From: Candidatus Thorarchaeota archaeon
Lineage (GTDB): Archaea; Asgardarchaeota; Thorarchaeia; Thorarchaeales; Thorarchaeaceae
Direction of reading: 5' to 3'
NCBI GenBank assembly: GCA_048884785.1
Contig: JBHLQM010000056.1
Coordinates: 1-24,685, forward strand
DNA length: 24,685 bases
The notes under the pieces were generated by a model, which was not told the DNA's origin, did not search any database, and saw nothing but the letters and a program-made list of their open reading frames with translations. Positions within the stretch are counted from its first letter, which is position 1, and every line of letters begins with the position of its first letter. A program made the translations under genes and the position numbers. Shown here one piece after another: positions 1-8,802 of the stretch.

Positions 1-531
1 GATCCATCAAATGAGTATTATGTAATGCATGAGAAAGCATGGAAATTTGGCGGTGGAGAGATTTACAATCCACAGGGCGAAAAAATAGGTCTGATGAAGA
101 GAAAGTTGATTTCTATGCGTGCAGAGATTCGACTTGAAGAACTAGATGAAACTCCAATTTGTCTTATTCATAAGAAACTTGTGAGTGCCAGACCTATATA
201 TGATGTGAAGACACCTGATGGGGAACTGATTGGCCGAGGAAAGCGGCCTATGGTCGCCATTCGAGGGTCAATTGATATGTATGATACCGACGAGAATATG
301 ATTTACAAGGCGCAAGGCGGCGTAATGAAGTGGAACTTCACAATAACTGATTCAAAAGATAAAAGCAGAGTCTATGCAGAAATTAAGAAGGCAGACAGGT
401 GGCGTGATATTTTTGCACCTGCTTTCAATTTTAAAGACAGATATGTGATTCACATTGTTGACCGAAATGCTCCAAGATTGATGCTCTTGGCGTATGCGAT
501 TATTATTGACAATGTATATCATGACAAGTAG
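1..531 (+). CDS. LURP-one/Tubby-C/scramblase-like protein, probably 5'-truncated by the window edge
   Basis: Frame is open from base 1 (DPSNEYYVMHEKAW...). Repeated 'Y/F-x-I-x-D-xx-G-xx-IG' units and C-terminal 'DRYVIHI...LLLAYAIIID' resemble this family. Confidence 0.7.
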   Translation, partial: DPSNEYYVMHEKAWKFGGGEIYNPQGEKIGLMKRKLISMRAEIRLEELDETPICLIHKKLVSARPIYDVKTPDGELIGRGKRPMVAIRGSIDMYDTDENMIYKAQGGVMKWNFTITDSKDKSRVYAEIKKADRWRDIFAPAFNFKDRYVIHIVDRNAPRLMLLAYAIIIDNVYHDK

Positions 532-544
532 CCTGCGACTACTA

Positions 545-558
545 CGAAAACTCTATAA
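545..558 (+). promoter_or_regulatory. Putative BRE/TATA promoter of tRNA-Thr
   Basis: CGAAAA followed by CTCTATAA, ending about 27 nt upstream of the tRNA 5' end at 585. Confidence 0.5.
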
Positions 559-584
559 TGCAAACTAGATGTTCCACCGCCCAA

Positions 585-692
585 GCCTCGGTAGCTAAGT
601 GGTCTAAGGCGCCTGACTTGTATGTCAGGAGACCCTTGTCCTCTGATCAAGATATCAGGAGACCGCGAGTTCAAATCTCGCCCGGGGCTCCA
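585..692 (+). tRNA. tRNA-Thr(UGU) with 31-nt intron at 37/38 (623-653)
   Basis: Acceptor GCCTCGG/CCGGGGC, U73, encoded CCA. Anticodon stem CCTGA/TCAGG with TGT at 619-621. T arm GCGAG-TTCAAAT-CTCGC. Strict BHB: CTTG(617-620)/CAAG(648-651), bulges TAT and ATA. Confidence 0.93.
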
Positions 693-784
693 TTCATTTT
701 CTATTATTTTCACTGTGCAAAATTAGAGTTGTTCCCTTGGAGAATTACACCTGTTGCTCTATAATAGAAGCCCAAGGAAACATC

Positions 785-2707
785 TCATTGGTTTTCTAAC
801 ATCTTTTTGACTTCTAAAGTAATCAAATCCTTGACGGTCTTTCCGTCTGCTTTGCCTCGCAGTTCTTTCATTGCAACTCCCATAATACCTCCAATGGCCC
901 TCTCGCCTTGTTCATGAACGAATTCAATACGTTCTGCAACTATCTTCTTGATGATTTCTTTCACTTCGTTCTCTGCGACCATCGAGAGTCCCGTTGCATT
1001 CAATGCATTCTCAATACTTGAGGTAGGATTCTGTGCTAAGTATGAGAGAACAGCAGGAATGGCATCGCTTGATAGTTGCTCACTACCAACTGCACGAAAC
1101 AACAATTCAAAATGCTGGTCAGTCAGCCTGTCCGTTTGGATACCATCTCTGCTAAGGCTCACAACAGTATTTTCAATGGTAGCAGCAACGAGAGTTGGTG
1201 AAATCTTGGGCACTTCATGTATAATATACTCATACAAATCCAGTCTCACAGATTTGACAACTTGAGATGCAAGTTCTGGTGAGAGCGAGTGTTCTTTGAT
1301 GAACCGTTTCTCCTTGTGTTCGAGAGTTTCAGGCATCTCTCTCTCAATCCGCTCAAGCCATTCATCAGTAATCTTCACAGAGCGCACATCAGTTTCCGGA
1401 TACATACGACTTGATCCCGGCCGTGGTCTGGCGTAACTTGTGGTCCCGTCCTGCAATGGAGTTCTTGTTTCTGCAGGCACTCCAATTACAGCTTCTCGAG
1501 CTCTAGCCACGACAGATTCAAGGGCACTCCGACAATTATCCTCAGGAGCTGCAACAATGACAAACGCATCTTGGTCTGCAAGTTTCAAAGTTATTCTCAG
1601 TCTGTTCACATCTTCGTCTGTGATACCATACTTAGGCAGCTCATCAGAGTGAAAGATTCCGCCAACACCACCCCAGAACTTTGCATAATCTGACAGCTCG
1701 GTGCCAAGCCTTCGATTTGGCTGAATTTCACGACCCACCAGACCTGAGAATCCTGTTAGCTTTACACTATAGACAAACCCCCCGGAACGAATAGCTCCTT
1801 TAATCACCTTTGACTCACTATTAGCAAAAATACTACTGACATCAATGATATCTCCAGCCATGTTTTCTGGAGTTATACCACGGTCAACAAGCTCATTGCG
1901 AATCTCAAGCAGGCGTTCCTGACGGAGTGCTTCATACTCTACAACAGTGGAAAGCAAATCAAGCTGCTGAAGCCCTTTGATTTCTGTTATTGCACCGTCC
2001 TTTATCGAAACATTGACATCTTGACGAATTGTCCCTTGTCCGCGCTTTACTTTTCCAGTCGCTCTTAGCAACATACCAATTGCTAGTGCCACATTTTGTG
2101 CTTCAATAGGACTTTGTATGTCTGGTGCTGTTGCTATCTCAATAAGAGGTATACCTAACCTATCCAGTCGATAGATTCGCACGTTGTTCTTATCATCATC
2201 AGCAATTTTGCGTGCAGCATCTTCCTCAATGGCAATTGTCTGAATTCCAATATTCCTGCCTTCGACAACTATGTTTCCACCTAGAGCAACAATAACTGTT
2301 CTCTGGAATCCTGTTGTATTACTTCCATCAATCACAGTTTTACGCATCGGATGTAGTTCATTGATCGGATTTGAACCAAGGAAGTTTGCCATGATAAGAC
2401 AGGTATCGATTGCTTCTTCGCAGAGGTCATGAGGCGGTTCTTCATCTATTTCAACAAGACATGTAGAATCATTATAATATTCGTAACAGAATCTCTTCCC
2501 TCTCTGGAATTCGAATAGAGCTGCAGGATCAACCTCTCCGAGCTCACCCTTGGTTGGTCGGAGACGCCGAATGAATGTACCATCGGGTTCCCTCTCTCGT
2601 ATCAGGGTTGGACAATGACAAAACAATTTTCTCTCGGTATCTAGCTGTTGATGAAGTTCAAGACCAACCATCAAACCCAACTCTTCATAGTGGGAGTTTC
2701 TCTTCAG
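785..2707 (-). CDS. gatE: Glutamyl-tRNA(Gln) amidotransferase subunit E
   Basis: GLELHQQL...KLFC, RKTVIDGSNTTGFQRT, LDRLGIPLIEIATAPD, GTIRQDVNVSI, RPRPG..RMYPETD, AspRS-like insertion and C-terminal GKADGK. Start uncertain: CTG 2707 after GGAGGTG, or TTG/ATG at 2680-2671. Confidence 0.96.
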   Translation of the reverse strand: MKRNSHYEELGLMVGLELHQQLDTERKLFCHCPTLIREREPDGTFIRRLRPTKGELGEVDPAALFEFQRGKRFCYEYYNDSTCLVEIDEEPPHDLCEEAIDTCLIMANFLGSNPINELHPMRKTVIDGSNTTGFQRTVIVALGGNIVVEGRNIGIQTIAIEEDAARKIADDDKNNVRIYRLDRLGIPLIEIATAPDIQSPIEAQNVALAIGMLLRATGKVKRGQGTIRQDVNVSIKDGAITEIKGLQQLDLLSTVVEYEALRQERLLEIRNELVDRGITPENMAGDIIDVSSIFANSESKVIKGAIRSGGFVYSVKLTGFSGLVGREIQPNRRLGTELSDYAKFWGGVGGIFHSDELPKYGITDEDVNRLRITLKLADQDAFVIVAAPEDNCRSALESVVARAREAVIGVPAETRTPLQDGTTSYARPRPGSSRMYPETDVRSVKITDEWLERIEREMPETLEHKEKRFIKEHSLSPELASQVVKSVRLDLYEYIIHEVPKISPTLVAATIENTVVSLSRDGIQTDRLTDQHFELLFRAVGSEQLSSDAIPAVLSYLAQNPTSSIENALNATGLSMVAENEVKEIIKKIVAERIEFVHEQGERAIGGIMGVAMKELRGKADGKTVKDLITLEVKKMLENQ

Positions 2708-2708
2708 T

Positions 2709-4067
2709 CTAATACACCTCCGGCTCCCTAGAATACTCAGAGTACTCACTCCGCATCGCAATCTCTCCGACCAAAGGTGTAGACATCAGCGCTCTGGCTT
2801 GTTCTGGGCTTTTCGTATTAGCAAGAAGCCACATGAGTTTCACAAGAGCTGTTTCAGCAAGCATATCTTGGCATGGCACCACACCTATCTCCAAGAGTTC
2901 TACTCCTGTCCGATAGACATTCATATTGACTCGACCTTGAATGCACTGACTAGTCATCGCAATGACCAATCCTGAATCAATCGCCTTCCTGAGTGATGGC
3001 TGAAAGACTTCAGGTGCATGACCAAGTCCGGTGCCCTCAAGGACTATCCCCTTATAGCCATCAGCAACAAGATGATCTATGCTATCCTGACTCTGTCCTG
3101 GATATGTCTTTACAAGGGCAACTCTCTCTTCGAATTTGGGCTTTAGTTTCAAAACTCTATCAGGGCTTCTTCTCAATAATGGAGTTGAAATCTCTTCAAT
3201 TTCATCTCCTTCGATTCTGAACACAGGATAACTGTTAATCGATTGAAATGCATCTCGTCTACTCGTGTGGAATTTTCTGACACGAGTTCCTCTGTGGGCA
3301 TAGAGGAAACTATCATCGCTCTGGCCGTGCATAACCAGCATGACTTCTGCTGCATCGGCATGACCAACTAGGTTAATTGCGCCTACAAGATTAAGAGCTG
3401 CATCCGAGGACGGTCTGTCTGATGATCTTTGAGACCCTACCAATGCAACGGGAACAGGAAGGGATTGAAGTGCGAAAGACAGTGCTGCTGCAGTATAGCC
3501 CATTGTGTCTGTTCCATGTGCAATGACTACGCCATTAACACCACTCTTGATTTCCAATGCTACTGCCTTAGCAATCTTTGTCCAATCTGATACACGAATA
3601 TTCTCTGAAAGAATACTCATAGCCACCTTTGCATGTATATTGGCATGTTCTCTAAGTTCAGGAATGGCATCATATAGGTCCTTTGCAGTCAATGCAGGGT
3701 TAACAGCTCCAGTCAAGTAGTCAACTCTACTTGCTATTGTACCCCCAGTACTCAAGATAGCAATAGTTGGCACAGATGGATTATGGCTTTCAGGAATTTC
3801 TATTGTTGGGGGTTTTTCCTGAGAAGGTCTCTTCCCTTTAGTTATTTGAGTTCCTTTGGAAACCCTAATGCCCATATTGTATCCATTGTCTAGCTTTAGT
3901 ACAATATGATATGGATCAGTGCCCACCTGACTTCTTGGCATGAGCACCCCTTCAAAGACCTGTTTGTCCTGAGTAATCTTCACTCGATCGCCAATTCTTA
4001 TGCTTGCAGAAGACAATTTCTCAAATACTAATCCGCTATAGCCTGAACCTTCCAGACCCACAATCAA
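2709..4067 (-). CDS. gatD: Glutamyl-tRNA(Gln) amidotransferase subunit D
   Basis: N-terminal 'IVLKLDNGYNMG' domain plus asparaginase motifs TGGTIASRVDY, HGTDTM, GSQRSSDRPSSDA, RKFHTSRRDAF. Directly upstream of gatE. Confidence 0.97.
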   Translation of the reverse strand: MIVGLEGSGYSGLVFEKLSSASIRIGDRVKITQDKQVFEGVLMPRSQVGTDPYHIVLKLDNGYNMGIRVSKGTQITKGKRPSQEKPPTIEIPESHNPSVPTIAILSTGGTIASRVDYLTGAVNPALTAKDLYDAIPELREHANIHAKVAMSILSENIRVSDWTKIAKAVALEIKSGVNGVVIAHGTDTMGYTAAALSFALQSLPVPVALVGSQRSSDRPSSDAALNLVGAINLVGHADAAEVMLVMHGQSDDSFLYAHRGTRVRKFHTSRRDAFQSINSYPVFRIEGDEIEEISTPLLRRSPDRVLKLKPKFEERVALVKTYPGQSQDSIDHLVADGYKGIVLEGTGLGHAPEVFQPSLRKAIDSGLVIAMTSQCIQGRVNMNVYRTGVELLEIGVVPCQDMLAETALVKLMWLLANTKSPEQARALMSTPLVGEIAMRSEYSEYSREPEVY

Positions 4068-4126
4068 TCACACCTTCGCGTTGACAAATGAGTTCCTGCT
4101 GGCTCAGACATAAAGTCTTCGGGAAC

Positions 4127-4690
4127 CTAGATTATCTTGAAAATCACTAATAGTCCAAACAGAACAAAGACAATGCCTGCCACCAATCTAATAGTTTTCA
4201 GTGACACCTTATCAGAGATATAATCTCCAGCAAAAACACTCATGACATTCAAAAACAGAAATCCCATTACTGCCCCGATGAAGACCATTGCAGGGAATAA
4301 GGATTGAACGGCAAGGGCAAGAATCGCAATCTGACTCTTATCACCTAACTCAGAGAAGAGTATGAGGGAAACCATACTCAGGAAGGTTGCAGGGGTATCA
4401 CAGTCATCCAATTCTTGCTTGTTTCTCCTAGCAATGGTAAAAATGCCTAATCCTAGAAACAGAAACCCTGAGATGTAGATAATGAACTCCACAGGAAGTG
4501 CAGCAGAAAGAATAACACCAACAATCACTGCGATTAGCGTCGAAGTAGCTAGCGCTATAATTGTTGCCAAAAGGACTATCCAAGGTCTTCTATATTGTGC
4601 ACTGAGACACATTGCAGTTATCATAGTCTTATCCCCAAACTCAGTGAGGAAAATAAGACCAGCAGATGCTAGAAGAACTTGAAGTGGCAT
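4127..4690 (-). CDS. TMEM165/GDT1 (UPF0016) family Ca2+/Mn2+ transporter
   Basis: Two E-x-G-D-K-[TS] motifs (EFGDKT, ELGDKS) in a hydrophobic two-repeat membrane protein. Confidence 0.9.
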   Translation of the reverse strand: MPLQVLLASAGLIFLTEFGDKTMITAMCLSAQYRRPWIVLLATIIALATSTLIAVIVGVILSAALPVEFIIYISGFLFLGLGIFTIARRNKQELDDCDTPATFLSMVSLILFSELGDKSQIAILALAVQSLFPAMVFIGAVMGFLFLNVMSVFAGDYISDKVSLKTIRLVAGIVFVLFGLLVIFKII

Positions 4691-4742
4691 TTTGTTTTGC
4701 AGCCCTCTTGAAGCTACTTAAGGAACTATCTGTAATGGCCAA

Positions 4743-6053
4743 TTAGAAGAGATTTTTTTCCTGAATCTCTCGTGTTAGCCCATTGTTTCTAATTATTTCT
4801 TTAAACATGTAGGCACTCTCTCGAGGGACGCGATTCAGGGTTTTGGGCTCCATTCCAACTAGACCAAAGTCGCTTCCAAATCCCTCCGCCCATTCAAAGT
4901 TAGTGACCCATGTCCAAACAAGATATCCCCGAATGTCAATTCCTTCTTGAATCGCTCTATGCACCTGCTGAAGATGCTTTACAATATAAGATCGCTTCAG
5001 AGCATCATCCTTTGTACCGATACCATTCTCAGTCATGAAAAGGGGCTTTCTATACCTGTCCCAGTATGACCTGATAATTGGGTAGTATCCTTCTGGGTAG
5101 ACCTCCCAATCCAGGCCGTCACATCTTGGCAAGTCAGGATCCTTCTCTGGCAGTTCCCCTGCCAAGAAGTCCATCTCCGAAGAAACTACCATTCTGCTAT
5201 AATAGTTGACACCAATAAAATCAACAGAATTCTCTAGAGGTTTGTACCGCGGGGAATTTCCCTCTATGTCTGGAAGGGTTGCAGTCACAGCGCCTCGAAT
5301 CCAAATCTGGTTGTAAATCTCATCAAGATAATTAACAAGCTCAACATCACTCGGATTATTCGGGTCCTTTGGCTCGAAGTATGAAACACTAATTACTGGG
5401 GCAATCTGTGGCTGAGGTTTTCCTCTGTCTGAATGAACCTCTCGAATACAAGTGGCAGCTTGTCCATGAGCCATGAGCATGTGTCTAGTCACAATCTGTG
5501 ATTTTCCAAAGTCTTTTTCCTGAGGCGGGAACCCTCCATACAAATACCCCAATGCAGCAACCACCATTGGCTCATTGATAGTATTCCAGATTATACTCAA
5601 ATCAGAGAAAGACTCAGCCACTTTCCTTGCATAGTTTCCAAAAATCTCTGGGCTTTCTGGATTCAACCAAGCTTGCATATCACGAAACCATAGAGGATTA
5701 GTGAAATGATGAAGAGTCATCATTGGTTGTATGCCTCTTTTAATCAGCGCCTTGATTACACTTCGGTAATGTTCAATCTCCTTTTCATTCCATTTTCCCA
5801 TCTTTGGCTCAATTCTACTCCACTCTAGTGAAAAACGATGTACCTGATGCCCAAATTCTTTCGCTAGATCAAAATCCTCCTCATATCGATTGTAGTGGTC
5901 ACATGCTATTCTGGCATTGCTTCCATCTTTGATGTTTCCAGGGATTTTCTCCCATTCACTCCAATCATTATGATTTCCCCCTTCACTTTGGTGAGAAGAA
6001 GAGGCAGTCCCCCAAAGGAAACCATTCGGGAATCTAAGATCTTTGAACTTCAT
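4743..6053 (-). CDS. Glycoside hydrolase family 1 (beta-glucosidase/galactosidase)
   Basis: FPNGFLWGTASSSHQSEG, RFSLEWSRIEP, acid/base TINEP, nucleophile TENG, NFEWAEG. Start ATG 6053 preferred, 6083 possible. Confidence 0.93.
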   Translation of the reverse strand: MKFKDLRFPNGFLWGTASSSHQSEGGNHNDWSEWEKIPGNIKDGSNARIACDHYNRYEEDFDLAKEFGHQVHRFSLEWSRIEPKMGKWNEKEIEHYRSVIKALIKRGIQPMMTLHHFTNPLWFRDMQAWLNPESPEIFGNYARKVAESFSDLSIIWNTINEPMVVAALGYLYGGFPPQEKDFGKSQIVTRHMLMAHGQAATCIREVHSDRGKPQPQIAPVISVSYFEPKDPNNPSDVELVNYLDEIYNQIWIRGAVTATLPDIEGNSPRYKPLENSVDFIGVNYYSRMVVSSEMDFLAGELPEKDPDLPRCDGLDWEVYPEGYYPIIRSYWDRYRKPLFMTENGIGTKDDALKRSYIVKHLQQVHRAIQEGIDIRGYLVWTWVTNFEWAEGFGSDFGLVGMEPKTLNRVPRESAYMFKEIIRNNGLTREIQEKNLF

Positions 6054-6110
6054 TGGTATCAAGTGTCTGAAAACAAAACCCATGAATAAGGATATCCCAA
6101 ATAGAAAAAT

Positions 6111-6260
6111 TGGTGCGGGAGGTGGGATATTCCAGACAGATGATAATCATATGCCTATTCGAACCCACGGACCCCTACGGGAGCGGATTTCTTGTCGAAT
6201 GACCCCATACTTCATACGATCTTAAGTCCGCCGCTTTTGACCAGGCTTAGCAACTCCCGC
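6111..6260 (-). tRNA. tRNA-Leu(UAA) with two introns: 37/38 (6220-6189, 32 nt) and 59/60 (6157-6128, 30 nt)
   Basis: GCGGGAG/CTCCCGC, A73, CCA. GCGGA-CT-TAA-G[intron]A-TCCGC. Long variable arm. GTGGG-TTCGAA[intron]T-CCCAC. Both introns form relaxed BHBs with one mismatch in the central helix. Confidence 0.9.
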
Positions 6261-6388
6261 TGAATGCCTGAAAAAGAGCAGACGCTCCAGTTTGGGACTC
6301 ACCGCATAAGTCTGCAGGTACCAAGTGTCTATTCAACTCTTTGGTGCTTACATCTCATTATAATCAGATTTGTACTGCAAATATGACA

Positions 6389-6498
6389 TGGTGGGCCGCG
6401 CCGGATTTGAACCAGCGACCTTCGATGCAAACGAGCATGAATCTCATTTGAATTCTCGGTGTAAACGAGACATCATAGCCGGGCTAGACTAGCGGCCC
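6389..6498 (-). tRNA. tRNA-Val(UAC) with 32-nt variable-loop intron at ~44/45 (6452-6421)
   Basis: GGGCCGC/GCGGCCC, A73, CCA. Intact anticodon arm TCTCG-TT-TAC-AC-CGAGA. Removing the insert restores variable loop AGGTC before GCTGG-TTCAAAT-CCGGC. Confidence 0.9.
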
Positions 6499-6630
6499 AT
6501 TATAGTCGTTCAAGCAACCAGTCAATTAAAAACGTTATCTCAATGTGCCAAATTTAACCCAACAATTAGCTACAGAGATTGAACTTGAAAGCAAGAAAGA
6601 TAGAAACCTGTAATGTCACTGGGGATTAGT

Positions 6631-7296
6631 CTATCCTCTTTGCCCAATAAAATGAAATTCCTTAACGGAAGAATCAAGCTCAACAATCTGAGATTCAGAA
6701 TAATAGTCTGATAAGTTTGAAACGATATTAGTATCCAATTTACCCTTGAACGCCGCTATTAGTCTACCACCATGTTTCAAAACTGGTGTGAATCTTTCAA
6801 TCAGCAACAGCGTCCCATTGGGATCGGTTGTTACATCAATGAGTAATACATCGAGTTCTCCTGCATTACAGATTGCATATGGGTCTATCGAGAATGCATC
6901 TCCAGCAATCAATGTAAACAGGCCTGTAAAGCTTTTTTCCAATTCGCGAAGTGTAGGAATAAATGTTTCAGATATCTCGACTCCTACTACTTTTGCTCCT
7001 TTTTCCAATAAGTAATAGAGAAACCCTCCTGCAGAGCTTCCAACATCAAGCGCAAAAGTTCCCGGTTTCACAAGACGTCCTTGAACCCTATCATCGAGCT
7101 GCTTGAGCTTACCATACCCCCGAGGCAAATCTCGTGCCAGGCTCGAAACGAGTATCTTCTCCTTGCCGGTCACATGATAAGATGGTTTCATCGGTCTTCC
7201 ATCTACAGTAACAAGTCCCTCCTTTATTGCTCTCTTGGCTGCTTGTCTAGAAGTGAAAATATTCTCTTCAACAAGCCAGACATCAAGTCTTGGCAT
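6631..7296 (-). CDS. S4-domain/FtsJ-type (TlyA-like) RNA methyltransferase
   Basis: N-terminal S4 motif (RLDVWLV...SRQAAKRAIKEGLVTVDG), SAM motif LDVGSSAGGF, and 'IDV'. Start ATG 7296 overlaps the upstream gene. Confidence 0.85.
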   Translation of the reverse strand: MPRLDVWLVEENIFTSRQAAKRAIKEGLVTVDGRPMKPSYHVTGKEKILVSSLARDLPRGYGKLKQLDDRVQGRLVKPGTFALDVGSSAGGFLYYLLEKGAKVVGVEISETFIPTLRELEKSFTGLFTLIAGDAFSIDPYAICNAGELDVLLIDVTTDPNGTLLLIERFTPVLKHGGRLIAAFKGKLDTNIVSNLSDYYSESQIVELDSSVKEFHFIGQRG

Positions 7297-8053
7297 TTCG
7301 TTTTTCCTCAATTTCTTCTGGGATGAATAGATGCATAGGCACACCTCGCATCTTCGGTCCTATAGCTGCAAGTATTCCGGTTGCACGGGTACCTCTCTTA
7401 CACTGAAGTGAGAACTCAAACCGTCCCAGCTGTTCTATCAGATAGATATCTCCTTCATGTCCTGACTTTTGCAGTGTGCTCTCTATCATCTGCTGGTTGG
7501 CGCCAAATACAAGAAGTCGTTCGTGGTCATCCTTCAACCAGTTTTCAAATCTCTCCAAAAAGCTTGGTGCAAGCTCGGCTCCAATTTGCTCATCATCAAG
7601 ATTTACGCTTGTCACTCTTATTTCGAGAGGTAAATTGTCAACTAAGACATGAGTTTCGGCTATCTTTCTAAGAGATTTTCCTCTCATAACGAGCTGTTCT
7701 CGAAGTTGGTGCAATGGAATAAGAGCATCAATTCTTGGTTCCTGTAGACCAACATCCACATACAAACCATACCCAACTTTTCCTACATCCACAAGTTGCC
7801 CACGATAGATGCTTTCCGGGAGAATATCATACATCTCGGGCACTCTCCCATATTCTTGTGCAAGAAGATTGACAACAAACTCCTCATCGGATCCTGAAAC
7901 AGAAAGAAGAAGATGTCCTCTTTTGTCCGTGTCAAGAGCGACCTTCTCAAGGTCGAGCTCCTCTAGCATCCCCTCTATCTCAGACTGAATGATTCCTAGA
8001 AGCCTGTTTTGATATTGTCCATAAACTCGGGGAAGTAATGCTATACGCTGCAA
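7283..8053 (-). CDS. DUF2110 family protein
   Basis: 'G.LVDVGKVGYGLYVDVG', 'LVDNLPLEI' and 'CKRGTRATGILAAIG' motifs; located in the usual archaeal position downstream of tfe. Confidence 0.75.
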   Translation of the reverse strand: MQRIALLPRVYGQYQNRLLGIIQSEIEGMLEELDLEKVALDTDKRGHLLLSVSGSDEEFVVNLLAQEYGRVPEMYDILPESIYRGQLVDVGKVGYGLYVDVGLQEPRIDALIPLHQLREQLVMRGKSLRKIAETHVLVDNLPLEIRVTSVNLDDEQIGAELAPSFLERFENWLKDDHERLLVFGANQQMIESTLQKSGHEGDIYLIEQLGRFEFSLQCKRGTRATGILAAIGPKMRGVPMHLFIPEEIEEKRNAKT

Positions 8054-8121
8054 TTAAATTGACCCATTATGCAAACCTTTGAAATCTCCTAAGTAGTTTG
8101 CGAAGTAAACAGATAAACCCA

Positions 8122-8649
8122 TTATCCTATAGAAGTCGCTTCTAAATCGGCTTTCAGTTCTTCAACACGCTTTTTCAAGAAAGACACAGCTCTCTTATTA
8201 TCTACATATTCAAGTGGCTCATTACATGACGGGCATCTGAAAGAAAGATTCATCGCTTCTTCAAAAGGAACAGGAGACGAATCACCTTTAACGCATGCAT
8301 AGAGGTCGTTATTGCTCTCATGCTGAAGTCTCTGTTCAAGGAGATTCAAGACCATTCGTTTCTTGCGGTTAACTAGAGCCTGTGCTTTCTTTGGATCTAT
8401 ACGCCAATAGTAGAGAAACCAACCTGTATTCGTATCACGGATTCTACGATATGATGCCAGATGATTATCATGAAGCTTGTAGAGAATTCGTCGAACAATA
8501 TTTAGCTTCAAATCTGTCTTTGTAGCAATCTCCTCATCTGTAGTTTCATCAGCATTTACCAATACTGTTGCAACATCTACCCCTTCTTTCCCTGCTATTT
8601 CCTCAACAACTAAACGGAAGAGGTCGGTGTTGAAGCTAGTTTGTGCCAT
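8122..8649 (-). CDS. tfe: Transcription factor E (TFIIE-alpha homologue)
   Basis: Winged helix TDEEIA...LNIVRRILYKL...YRRIRD..TGW..YYW, and zinc ribbon C...FEEAM..FRCPSC..PL..VDN. Confidence 0.95.
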   Translation of the reverse strand: MAQTSFNTDLFRLVVEEIAGKEGVDVATVLVNADETTDEEIATKTDLKLNIVRRILYKLHDNHLASYRRIRDTNTGWFLYYWRIDPKKAQALVNRKKRMVLNLLEQRLQHESNNDLYACVKGDSSPVPFEEAMNLSFRCPSCNEPLEYVDNKRAVSFLKKRVEELKADLEATSIG

Positions 8650-8802
8650 TTACTGTTTTCACCTATATTGTTGGTAGATGGATAATCAACTGAACCCATT
8701 GAGCGTCATTAGACCTAAGACGAGAGATATATACCTGTAATAGTATTTAGTCATATACTATATAAGAGCTGTTCTTTGAGCTACAATTGCACAAGTTTCT
8801 CG

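Noticed and set aside
612-634. tRNA-Thr read as an 8-nt-loop frameshift suppressor with an intron at 48/49
   Set aside because: The canonical 37/38 reading gives a strict BHB and a normal 7-nt loop.
519-764. ORFs 519-713(-) and 558-764(+)
   Set aside because: They overlap tRNA-Thr and are shadow frames.
4691-4742. yybP-ykoY Mn2+ riboswitch upstream of the UPF0016 transporter
   Set aside because: The intergenic gap is only about 50 nt and shows no matching structure.
6043-6225. 60-aa ORF on the + strand
   Set aside because: It is antisense to tRNA-Leu and the start of the GH1 gene.
6421-6440. Alternative splicing of tRNA-Val to give a UGC (Ala) anticodon from the intronic copy
   Set aside because: Only 3 bp of anticodon stem could form, the acceptor lacks G3:U70, and no BHB supports that excision.
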